64,000 bases of DNA from the NCBI GenBank assembly GCA_001604045.1, contig LVAN01000022.1, positions 1-64,000 on the forward strand. The letters are read 5' to 3'. This document shows, piece after piece, positions 1-8,121 of the stretch. This DNA is from Clostridiales bacterium Firm_08. GTDB taxonomy: Bacteria > Bacillota > Clostridia > Oscillospirales > QAKW01. A model generated the notes under the pieces. The model saw only the letters and a list, made by a program, of their open reading frames with translations. It ran no database searches and was not told the origin of the DNA. The stretch's first letter is position 1, and each line of letters starts with the position of its first letter. The position numbers were made by a program, and so were the translations under genes.

Positions 1-93
1 GTAAAATAAAAATGAAAAAATGCTTGATTTTTGAAAAATACTATGATAGAATGTTTTTTGCTAATGTGTATCGAGTCAAGGAGGTGTGCCGAT

Positions 94-279
94 ATGGCAA
101 AGTGTGAAATCTGCGAAAAGAACGTTTCTTTCGGTATCAAGGTATCCCATTCACACAGACGCAGCAACAGGACCTGGAAGCCGAACGTCAAAAGAGTCAA
201 GGCGATCGTGAACGGTTCTCCAAAACATATCAACGTTTGTACAAGGTGTCTTCGTTCCGGTAAGGTAGAACGTGCTTAA
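94..279 (+). CDS. rpmB: 50S ribosomal protein L28. ATG at 94 is preceded by AAGGAGGTG; the listed ORF carries an N-terminal extension from an upstream in-frame ATG.
   Basis: Translation MAKCEICEKNVSFGIKVSHSHRRSNRTWKPNVKRV... is a canonical L28. A strong Shine-Dalgarno at 78-86 precedes the ATG at 94. Confidence 0.9.
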   Translation: MAKCEICEKNVSFGIKVSHSHRRSNRTWKPNVKRVKAIVNGSPKHINVCTRCLRSGKVERA

Positions 280-287
280 TGTGATTT

Positions 288-356
288 AAAAGCAGATCCC
301 GCGGGTCTGCTTTTATTTTTTTAAAATATGCCGCCGATATGATCGGCGGCATATTC
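288..356. terminator. Convergent pair of rho-independent terminators. Hairpin 291-311 plus T-run serves rpmB. Hairpin 325-355 serves the minus-strand PBP gene.
   Basis: agcagatcccgcgggtctgct is followed by tttatttttt. atatgccgccgat/atcggcggcatat is a palindrome. Confidence 0.7.
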
Positions 357-357
357 T

Positions 358-2760
358 TTAAGGCGAAGGCTGTTCGCCTTCCGTTTCACCATTATCCTCA
401 GGCGTCGGCTCGACCGGATCCCCAGGCGTTACGGGTTCCGGATCGTCCACATTCGGTTCCTCGATCGGTTTTTCCTCCGGTTTCGTCTCCGGTTTTGTCT
501 GCTCCGCAGGTTTTGTTTTGTCTGGTTTCTTTTCTGTTTTTTCTGTCTTTTCTTTATTTTCCTGTTCCGTTTGTTCCGGTTCCTCAGGAACTTCCGGAAC
601 ATGAACGGTACACGGCTGTGTGGGCTGTGATCCGGCGATAAACTGACCGCTGATCGCCTTTTCCGCTTTCACGCACTCCTCTGTCGCAAGCATACCGCTT
701 TCCGAACAGATCTGCACGCTGATCAAATTACTCGGGACATCAAAGCTCTTATACGAATACCCCTGATGGATCTGCGACATCACCTTTCTCCATGCGCTGA
801 CAGCCGGATTGGTGCCGCTGTAATTGATCCTGGTCGGGTAATCGTAGCCATACCATACGGCGGCGGTATAGTACGCGGTATACCCGACAAAATACCGGTC
901 TTTACTGTCAGATGTGGTTCCCGTTTTGCCGGCGATCGCCGTCGTACCGAAATTCGCGGGCGAACCCGTGCCGCTCGTAGCGGCATATTGCAGCAGCATA
1001 TTTATCATTGCCGCCGTCGAGGAAGACATCGCGGTATGAGATTCCGGCGTTTTGTTCAGCAGCACTTTGCCGTTGCTGTCGACGACCTTCGTATAATAGT
1101 AAGGTCTTATATATGTGCCGCCGTTCGGGAACGTCTCATACGCCGCGGCGATCTCCAGGGTCGTTATCCCTTTTGTCATACCGCCAAGCGCAGTAACGGC
1201 GGAGTTCTCGTCTTTTTCATCCACCATAGAAGTGATCCCGAGGTTTTCCCGCAGGAACTTAAAGGCTCTTGACGCGCCGAGCGCCATATTCACGCGGACC
1301 GCCACGGTATTGGTGGAATGAGCGATCGCCGTCTGCACGGACATCGGCTTATTTGTGATAACATCATAATTGACAGGCCAGTTGCCCGTGACGCTTGCGT
1401 CCATCACCATGGTTCCGGGAGAGATGGGAGATCCGTTGATCTTAACGTTATACTCAAAGGCGGGGGCGTATGTGCCGATCGGTTTCATACAAGAGCCGGG
1501 CTGACGATACGACATGGTCGCGCGGTTGAGACCCCTGTTGATCGTCTTTTCCCCGCGTCCGCCCGTCAAAGCGGCGACCGCGCCCGTCTTGTTGTTCAGG
1601 ATGACCATAGCGCTCTGCGGTGTTTCATCCTTGCTGTTTTTCGCCAGCTCGTAATACGTGAAAGTGGACGTGTTTTTGTACGCCTCATCCAAAATTGCCT
1701 GTGTGTCGATCTCCTGGGTGGAGTAAATGGAAAGTCCGCCGGAGTATACCATGCGGCTGGCATACGAATAACTGTACCCCTTTTGCTCAACGAGATCCTC
1801 GATCACCTGGTCGATCATTGCTTCCACAAAGTAACTCTGTCTGCTTTGCTCGCTTTTACCGGAAGCGTTTTTAAAAACAAGTTTTTGTTCCTTGGCCTTT
1901 TTTGCTTCTTCCTCCGTGATCTTCCCTATTTTGACCATTTCGTTTAAAATGATCTCCTGGCGTTCCTTGTTATTATCACGTGTCGTATCGCTGATATAGG
2001 GGTCATATTTAGACGGAAGATTGGTGATGGCCGCGAGAGACGCGCACTCCGCAAGCGTAAGATCCTTGACATCCTTGCCGAAATACACTCTTGCGGCAGT
2101 CTGCACCCCATTGCACCCCTGCGAAAGATAGATCGTATTCAAATACGCTTCCAGGATCTGGCTTTTGTTATATTCTTTTTCAAGGTACAGCGCCCTGCGG
2201 ATCTCCTGGACCTTCCGGGAAACTTTCACATCGTTATCCCCCGTCAGGTTTTTGATCAGCTGCTGGGTGATCGTAGAACCGCCATAAGTAGAGCCGCCCT
2301 TGACCATATTGATGATCGCGCCGCCGGTCCGAATCCAGTCCACACCGTCGTGCTGATAAAAACGCCTGTCCTCGATCGCGATGAATGCCCACTGCAAATT
2401 ATCCGGAATTTCGTCAAGACCTACCCAAATACGGTTTTCATCCTTATGAAGCTGCTCGATCTCAACGACCTTACCGGATGCGTTTGTCGCGTATACGACG
2501 CTCGTATAATCGAGCGAACTGTCGATATTGCCAAGATCCATCGTCGGATCAACGTACTCAAGTGTATACCATCCGAACGCCGCGACCGAAAACAGTCCCG
2601 TAAGACCTATGATCACGATAAAAGCGATCAACGCCTTGCGGATCGGTGTCGGGATCCGTTTCCAAAAATAAGAAACCTTTTTCCGGTTTTTCTTTGTGAT
2701 TTGTTTTTCCTCATCGCTGATAGGACGAGGGGCTTTTTGTTTCTTCCCGAAAAGTCTCAC
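358..2760 (-). CDS. Class A penicillin-binding protein (bifunctional GT51 transglycosylase / transpeptidase) with a C-terminal Pro/Glu/Thr/Lys-rich low-complexity tail. The likely start is GTG at 2760 (RBS GGGAGG); the ORF extends to TTG at 2775.
   Basis: N-terminal TM anchor, then a GT51 region (EDRRFYQHDGVD, GGSTITQQL), then a transpeptidase region. The 805-aa ORF has an acidic/proline repeat tail. Confidence 0.85.
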   Translation of the reverse strand: MRLFGKKQKAPRPISDEEKQITKKNRKKVSYFWKRIPTPIRKALIAFIVIIGLTGLFSVAAFGWYTLEYVDPTMDLGNIDSSLDYTSVVYATNASGKVVEIEQLHKDENRIWVGLDEIPDNLQWAFIAIEDRRFYQHDGVDWIRTGGAIINMVKGGSTYGGSTITQQLIKNLTGDNDVKVSRKVQEIRRALYLEKEYNKSQILEAYLNTIYLSQGCNGVQTAARVYFGKDVKDLTLAECASLAAITNLPSKYDPYISDTTRDNNKERQEIILNEMVKIGKITEEEAKKAKEQKLVFKNASGKSEQSRQSYFVEAMIDQVIEDLVEQKGYSYSYASRMVYSGGLSIYSTQEIDTQAILDEAYKNTSTFTYYELAKNSKDETPQSAMVILNNKTGAVAALTGGRGEKTINRGLNRATMSYRQPGSCMKPIGTYAPAFEYNVKINGSPISPGTMVMDASVTGNWPVNYDVITNKPMSVQTAIAHSTNTVAVRVNMALGASRAFKFLRENLGITSMVDEKDENSAVTALGGMTKGITTLEIAAAYETFPNGGTYIRPYYYTKVVDSNGKVLLNKTPESHTAMSSSTAAMINMLLQYAATSGTGSPANFGTTAIAGKTGTTSDSKDRYFVGYTAYYTAAVWYGYDYPTRINYSGTNPAVSAWRKVMSQIHQGYSYKSFDVPSNLISVQICSESGMLATEECVKAEKAISGQFIAGSQPTQPCTVHVPEVPEEPEQTEQENKEKTEKTEKKPDKTKPAEQTKPETKPEEKPIEEPNVDDPEPVTPGDPVEPTPEDNGETEGEQPSP

Positions 2761-2892
2761 ACGGACACCTCCCAAATCAGAAGAACTGCGTTTTCAAAAG
2801 ATATTTTACCCATACACAATTATTATATCATACTTTAAAAATTATTCAAGCACCTGACAGAAAAAGAAAATGAATATTTTTGAATTTTTATC

Positions 2893-2921
2893 TTGCATTC
2901 TCATAACTTGTCTGCTATAAT
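2893..2921 (+). promoter_or_regulatory. Sigma-A-type promoter for tRNA-Trp (TTGCAT-17-TATAAT).
   Basis: TTGCAT at 2893-2898, a 17-nt spacer, TATAAT at 2916-2921, about 12 nt upstream of the tRNA 5' end. Confidence 0.65.
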
Positions 2922-2932
2922 AAGTAAGTCTT

Positions 2933-3008
2933 AGGGGCATAGCTCAGTTGGTAGAGCAGCGGTCTCCAAAACCGCGTGCCGTGAGTTCGAATCTTACTGC
3001 CCCTGCCA
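2933..3008 (+). tRNA. tRNA-Trp: tRNA-Trp (anticodon CCA), 76 nt with encoded 3' CCA.
   Basis: Acceptor stem AGGGGCA/TGCCCCT, D-arm AGCTCAGTTGGTAGAGC, anticodon loop CTCCAAA, T-arm GTGAGTTCGAATCTTAC, discriminator G plus CCA. Confidence 0.9.
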
Positions 3009-3010
3009 GA

Positions 3011-3038
3011 AAAAAGCACGCTTCAGCGTGCTTTTTTC
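3011..3038 (+). terminator. Rho-independent terminator after tRNA-Trp.
   Basis: agcacgc-ttca-gcgtgct hairpin followed by tttttt. Confidence 0.75.
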
Positions 3039-3056
3039 AACGATATAAATCCGCTT

Positions 3057-3236
3057 CGTGGATTTGTGATATGCGCTTCGCGTGTGATATTCGCCTTCGG
3101 CGAGTGATATGCCTGCGGGCATGAGTGGATTTATATCATATCACATTCAGCGATAAGCCGAATATATCACATCTCGCGTAGCGAGATATATCACTTTTGC
3201 GATTTCAAGCGTTTAAGACAGGGCGATATACATAAG
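3057..3236. repeat. Direct repeat copy 1 (about 180 bp). It contains GGATTT(G/A)T / GTGATAT words and their complements (ATATCAC) interleaved with short GC mini-hairpins.
   Basis: About 80% identical to 3613-3760 over about 150 bp, with a roughly 30-bp extra segment in this copy. It carries an internal inverted-repeat word structure (GTGATAT x3 ... ATATCAC x3). Confidence 0.6.
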
Positions 3237-3612
3237 AACCGAAACATGGCACAAAGCGCATTTTTTGCCCATTTTTTTCGTTTTGTGATTTCGGGCAAAC
3301 ATCACATCATTGTGAGCGGATGCGAACAACATCATTTCGCAACGAAGCGGAGATACATCATTAGCCGCATTAGCGGCGGCATCATTTCGGATATTTTGTC
3401 GGCGCAAGATAAATACTTTTTACAAAAATGTTTTATGTTTTTTCTTTTGGACAATTCTTTCATTTAATCACAGAAAAAGTCCTACGCACAATGAACAAGC
3501 GCCGGACTTTTTTAACGAAGTGTTCCGCTAACACAGAACGTGATGTACCCTGCGGGTGTGATGTATGGCTACGCCAAGTTATGTGTGCCTATGACATAGT
3601 ATAAGTCCACTG

Positions 3613-3760
3613 CGTAGATTTGTGAAATGCCCATCAGGCGTGATATTCACCTTCGGCGAGCGATATACTTGCGGGCGTAGGTGGATTTATATCACATCAC
3701 GCGTCAACGGGATATTTCACTTCTGCAATTTCATTCGTCTAAGTCAAGAAGTATGCATAA
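3613..3760. repeat. Direct repeat copy 2, partner of 3057-3236.
   Basis: cgtagatttgtgaaatgcc...gtgatattcaccttcggcgag...ggtggatttatatcacatcac aligns with copy 1. Confidence 0.6.
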
Positions 3761-3912
3761 AAAATGAAAGAAAATTAGAATTGTGCTTTTTTCAGCTAAA
3801 TTCGTCCATCGACTGTTTGAATAACCTCACAAGAACGCTTATCCTCGTTTCTATATTCCCTTATATTTCTTTTTTGGGGGAAGTCAAGACACGATTCACT
3901 TTTTGAAATCTA

Positions 3913-5331
3913 TTAAACAAGTATTTTTATGCGCAAAGAATGTAACCACATTCCTATTTTAGAATACTTGGCGTAAAAATAATCCGCAAGGAATCCTCCC
4001 AGCATAAGCACTGAAATATCGGAGGTATACGAATATCTCGGCTGGACCTCAATCGCTAAATAACAGAAAAATGTTGCCAAGAAATACAGTAAAAACAGTT
4101 CGTGCCCATCTTCTCTTCGCTTTGAAAAGAATGCCACAATTCCAAGAAAGCTGGAAACCAGCATAAGTAGTACCTGTGCTGCTGAAATAGAAGTCAAACC
4201 ACTTACCAGCCAATCCATATTTTGTAGATGATTCAAACTCCAATGCAAATCGATGTCTACCCAATACACCTTGACCTTTTTGATTGCCAACAGCAAAAGT
4301 TTCACTGGATTTTCTTTCAGATGTTGTTTAATAATAATACTCTCAGCAGTATATCTATCAACATTCATCGATTCTTGAATCTGATCAATCTCTTCAATCA
4401 AGTCATTTGAATACTGTCCGGCAGAATCGATGTTTGTCCCGACAACAAATTTCCATTTTGGATCGTTATTAACAAGACCTACTTCTGAGAAACCAAATGC
4501 CATGGACGATAATGATATAGCCTGAAACAAAAGAAAATAGGAAAGGACGATGATCCCTATTTTAAATGCATGTTCAAAAATATTGCGTTTTTTGAAACCA
4601 CGAATACAGGCAAGAATTTCAGCCGCAACTAGGGACAAAATCATCAGAATACCACCGGGCCAAAAAAAGTCTGCTAAAGCCATGAAAGTACCAATAAAAA
4701 TACAGATAATCCATTTTTTTGCTCCACATTTTTTTGACAGTGACAAATAGAAATAGACTGCCATAACCGTAAAAAACGTACACGGAACAGAATTTGATAA
4801 AACTGTAACATACAATGTCTGAAACACCAACACAGACCATATTACGCTGATCAACCTTGCGGCATTTTCTGAAACCATTCGTTTGGCACACAAATATACC
4901 AAATAGACTGTCGCGGTGGACAATATACAATTAACAACTTCAATTATGTAAATATTATTTACAATTTTCAGTAATAGTCCTTCATAAATTACAAGTCCAA
5001 TCTGATATCCCCAGCGTTGAAAATACACATTTTCAAGATAAGAGTAGCCCCCTTTTGCGAATTCTCGTGCAGCTTGATACTGCAAACTGAAATCAGATAT
5101 AGGAGGTGTTTTAATCAAAAAAACTATTAATAAGCGAACAACAAAAGAAAAAAGAATAAGAAGTATCGGAAACCAGCGTCGAGGAATTTTCGGAACAAAA
5201 AACATGAAAAACACCAAGGTTAAAACTGATAATGAAATTGCATAATTTGCCGCAAAAACGACAAGTAATATTGCTAATATCGTACAAATCAGCATCGCCT
5301 TTTGTGTTAAAGAATAAACTCGGTTTTCCAT
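3913..5331 (-). CDS. Large polytopic membrane glycosyltransferase, GT-C-like (GtrC / ArnT / PMT / YfhO-type acceptor glycosyltransferase). Putative, family not resolved.
   Basis: 472 aa with more than 10 predicted TM segments and an extracytoplasmic loop. It lies immediately downstream of, and co-oriented with, a GtrB-like Und-P-sugar synthase. Low GC. Confidence 0.5.
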   Translation of the reverse strand: MENRVYSLTQKAMLICTILAILLVVFAANYAISLSVLTLVFFMFFVPKIPRRWFPILLILFSFVVRLLIVFLIKTPPISDFSLQYQAAREFAKGGYSYLENVYFQRWGYQIGLVIYEGLLLKIVNNIYIIEVVNCILSTATVYLVYLCAKRMVSENAARLISVIWSVLVFQTLYVTVLSNSVPCTFFTVMAVYFYLSLSKKCGAKKWIICIFIGTFMALADFFWPGGILMILSLVAAEILACIRGFKKRNIFEHAFKIGIIVLSYFLLFQAISLSSMAFGFSEVGLVNNDPKWKFVVGTNIDSAGQYSNDLIEEIDQIQESMNVDRYTAESIIIKQHLKENPVKLLLLAIKKVKVYWVDIDLHWSLNHLQNMDWLVSGLTSISAAQVLLMLVSSFLGIVAFFSKRREDGHELFLLYFLATFFCYLAIEVQPRYSYTSDISVLMLGGFLADYFYAKYSKIGMWLHSLRIKILV

Positions 5332-5397
5332 TCTGTATTGAGTGCTTCCGCTGTTGGAAACAACTCAGTAACTCCTTTCACAATGATATTTTGTATT

Positions 5398-6357
5398 TCA
5401 ATCATTGTTTTTAAATGTGCTTTCGGAAATTATGTATCTAGGACGAGCTTTGGTTTCAAGATAGACTTTTCCAACATACTCCCCAACAACGCCTACAGCA
5501 ATGATCTGAAGGGCACAAAGCAATGCACTTGCAGACAAAGTCATCAGCCAACTTGAAACCGGATTTCCACAGAGGAAAACTATCGATCCGATGAGCAAAA
5601 CACTCAAATTGAAAATCAAAAGAAATGCGCCTAAAGACGTAATCAATCGAATAGGCTTTATACTCAAACTCGTAATACCGTCAATTGCAAGAGCAAGCAT
5701 TTTTTTGAACGGATAATGACTCTTTCCGGCAAGCCGTTCATGACGCTCGTAATATACCGATGTGCTGTTAAATCCGACAAGCGTTATCATCCCCCGTAAA
5801 AAAATATTAACTTCTTTAAAATCCGCGAAATCATTAAGAACTCTAGATGAAATCAAGCGGTAATCAGCATGGTTATACACAACCTCGGCACCCATACCCT
5901 TTAACAACCTATAAAATGTTTGTGCAGTAAATCGTTTGAAAAAAGTGTCGGTTTTTCGACTACTTCTGACACCATAAACAACATCAGCACCTTTACGATA
6001 TGCCTCTAACATATCATTCATGGCATTGATATCATCCTGACCGTCACAGTCAATGGAAATCGTTACATCACATTTATCTTTTACTGTCATCAGCCCACAA
6101 AGCAACGCATTTTGATGCCCGCGATTCCTGCTCAGACAAATCCCCTCAACCAATATTTCCTGCTCAGCACAGCGGCTGATAATTGCCCACGTGTCGTCCT
6201 TGCTCCCATCGTTTACAAAAACCACACGGCTAGAACCACTAATAGTTTCTGATGATATCAATTCATTCAGTTTATTAACGAACATTGGAATAGTCTGCGG
6301 AAGAACAATTTGTTCATTATAGCAAGGAATTACAATATATAAACACGGAAGTTTCAT
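5398..6357 (-). CDS. GT2-family polyprenol-phosphate glycosyltransferase (GtrB / CsbB / ArnC-like). The start is taken at the MKLPCLYIVIPCYNE ATG (6357); the ORF continues to 6447.
   Basis: VIPCYNE motif, DGSKD, a DxD region and two C-terminal TM helices typical of GtrB. Low GC. Confidence 0.8.
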   Translation of the reverse strand: MKLPCLYIVIPCYNEQIVLPQTIPMFVNKLNELISSETISGSSRVVFVNDGSKDDTWAIISRCAEQEILVEGICLSRNRGHQNALLCGLMTVKDKCDVTISIDCDGQDDINAMNDMLEAYRKGADVVYGVRSSRKTDTFFKRFTAQTFYRLLKGMGAEVVYNHADYRLISSRVLNDFADFKEVNIFLRGMITLVGFNSTSVYYERHERLAGKSHYPFKKMLALAIDGITSLSIKPIRLITSLGAFLLIFNLSVLLIGSIVFLCGNPVSSWLMTLSASALLCALQIIAVGVVGEYVGKVYLETKARPRYIISESTFKNND

Positions 6358-6676
6358 AAAACGCACGTCAACTCCTTTTTTAGACACGAGATTCAAGAAA
6401 AATATTAAAAATTCTTTCTTTGTTGGTTTAATATTAGTATACATCAAAAAAAACTTTTGTCAAGTTTCACCAAGATATCTCAAAAGTTAAAGGAGCTCAT
6501 CTTGTTAACCTTGTAAATCAACATGAAATAAGTGAGATAAAATGTTTTATAGGTATTTAGCAGCATACCATCTAGCCTTATCATTTGTTTCTATATTCCG
6601 ATAAGAGCCATGCTATCATATCTTCTGATATTCGCCGTTATTCCGCGCAAACTATACGGTGAACGCAAAGGAGAGA

Positions 6677-7705
6677 ATGATGGTATTTTTTTCAGCGATT
6701 TCGGAATTGATCGCGGGGATCGGCGTGTTTCTCATCGGATGCGATATGATGAGCAAAAACATCGGATCCATCGGGAGCAACAAACTCAAAAAAATATTCA
6801 CAAAAAACGCCGGAAATAAATTTTTCGGCGTTGGCGTCGGCACGGTCGGAACGGCGATCATACAAAGTTCAGGCGCCATGACCGTGATGATCATCGGATT
6901 TGTAAACGCCGGCATCATCTCATCAGTGCAGGCGGCAACGATCATTTATGGCGCCAACATCGGCACGACGATCACCGCTCACATCGCCGCGCTCGGCATA
7001 TCCGGCGGCGTGACCTCCGCTTCCACCATACTTTCCGCCTCGGCGGGCATCGGCGTTTTTATCGTTCTGATCGCAAAAAAAGATATCGTTAGATCTTTCG
7101 GTGAAACACTTGCGGGATTCGGCTCCCTTTTCGTCGGCTTGTCCCTGATAAGCGGCAGTATGGCGCATTTTTCCACCCTCGGATCGGTAAAACAGTACAT
7201 TTCAGGGATCGATAACGCGATAATACTTGTTTTGATCGGAACCTTGCTGACAGCTGTCACACAAAGTTCATCCGTTATGACGTCTATTGTCATTACAATG
7301 GCGATCGCTCATCTCATCACCATCGACCAGGGGATCTATCTGATCATCGGCGCGAACATCGGAGCATGCTTTGTCACTTTCATAGCGGGACTGGCCGGCG
7401 GTAAAAATGCCAGACGGGCGGCTCTCCTTTATTTCTTCTTTAACGCGGGCGGCGCCGTATTTTTTTTGTTGACTGCCGCCGTCATATCGCTCGTCTCAAG
7501 AGGAAATACAACACTCGGCACCCTCGCGGCAGAAGTTTTCCCTCATATGCCGCAGATCACACTGGCTTTTTTCCATACGCTTTTCAACGTCATCACCATG
7601 CTTTTGTTTTTACCGTTTACGGAAAAGATCACCGGTTTGATCGAGTATATCCTACCCGACGCTTCTCAGGGCGAGCGGACCAAGACGGTCCCGAAAGCAT
7701 ACTAA
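6677..7705 (+). CDS. Na/Pi-cotransporter family protein (NptA/YjbB-like), short form without the PhoU-like C-terminal domain.
   Basis: Duplicated QSSS/A motifs (IQSSGAMTVMIIGF and TQSSSVMTSIVITMA). RBS AAAGGAGAG is followed by ATGATG at 6677. Confidence 0.7.
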   Translation: MMVFFSAISELIAGIGVFLIGCDMMSKNIGSIGSNKLKKIFTKNAGNKFFGVGVGTVGTAIIQSSGAMTVMIIGFVNAGIISSVQAATIIYGANIGTTITAHIAALGISGGVTSASTILSASAGIGVFIVLIAKKDIVRSFGETLAGFGSLFVGLSLISGSMAHFSTLGSVKQYISGIDNAIILVLIGTLLTAVTQSSSVMTSIVITMAIAHLITIDQGIYLIIGANIGACFVTFIAGLAGGKNARRAALLYFFFNAGGAVFFLLTAAVISLVSRGNTTLGTLAAEVFPHMPQITLAFFHTLFNVITMLLFLPFTEKITGLIEYILPDASQGERTKTVPKAY

Positions 7706-7715
7706 GCAGACTTTA

Positions 7716-7752
7716 CTGAAAGAGCCGTTGCGCAAGGCAACGGCTCTTTCAG
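7716..7752. terminator. Perfect 17-bp GC-rich hairpin without a clear U-tract. Probable bidirectional terminator between nptA-like and the convergent small ORF.
   Basis: ctgaaagagccgttgc-gcaa-gcaacggctctttcag. Confidence 0.45.
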
Positions 7753-7765
7753 TGTGTATGGGATC

Positions 7766-7885
7766 TCAGCAACAACCGTTGCCGCGTCCGCTGTCCGCAC
7801 AGTTGCAGTGATTGATGACCAGAAGCGCGATCAAAATGAAAAAGATGCCATCATTGCTGCACAGATTGTCAAGACAATTGCACAT
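7766..7885 (-). CDS. Unannotated 39-codon Cys-rich hydrophobic small ORF (MCNCLDNLCSNDGIFFILIALLVINHCNCADSGRGNGCC) with a strong RBS.
   Basis: TAGGAGGAAAGAGAT sits 7 nt upstream of the ATG. There are 7 Cys in 39 residues, a central hydrophobic helix and a Gly/Cys C-terminus. It is below the 60-aa cutoff of the ORF track. Confidence 0.4.
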   Translation of the reverse strand: MCNCLDNLCSNDGIFFILIALLVINHCNCADSGRGNGCC

Positions 7886-8121
7886 ATCTCTTTCCTCCTA
7901 TCGTTTGATACTTCATCATATGTCGATGGAAAAAAAGAGTGCCGGTATTTCTATTTTTTGTCAACATAACGTCGGTAGATAATGTAAAGCAAATCACTTT
8001 ATTAACATTTCCACAGAGTTTTCCACATTTTATTTGGCATCAACTCCAAGAAAACCGCATTTCTGACAGGTTATCCACAGCACCCTTGAACGGGCGAAAA
8101 AACGGACAGAAATATTTTAGT

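Noticed and set aside
1318-1947. 209-aa plus-strand ORF inside the PBP gene
   Set aside because: It is antisense to the class A PBP, whose frame carries unmistakable GT51 and transpeptidase motifs. It has no RBS.
3246-3467. His-rich 73-aa ORF (MAQSAFFAHFFRFVISGKHHII...)
   Set aside because: The His codons arise from the CATCAT word repeats. There is no RBS, the composition is odd, and it lies wholly within the repeat structure, so it is probably non-coding.
3057-3760. Possible CRISPR array in the repeat-rich tRNA-proximal region
   Set aside because: The repeats are long (about 150 bp), degenerate (about 80% identity) and only two in number. The internal 7-nt words are not separated by unique spacers of regular length. 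No cas genes are nearby.
2933-6676. Prophage or integrative element inserted at tRNA-Trp
   Set aside because: No integrase or recombinase, no phage structural genes, and no duplication of the tRNA 3' end (att) are visible downstream. Only a two-gene glycosylation islet is present, so at most this is a remnant.
6923-7293. Minus-strand ORFs inside the nptA-like gene
   Set aside because: They are antisense to a gene with clear duplicated QSSS transporter motifs. No independent support.
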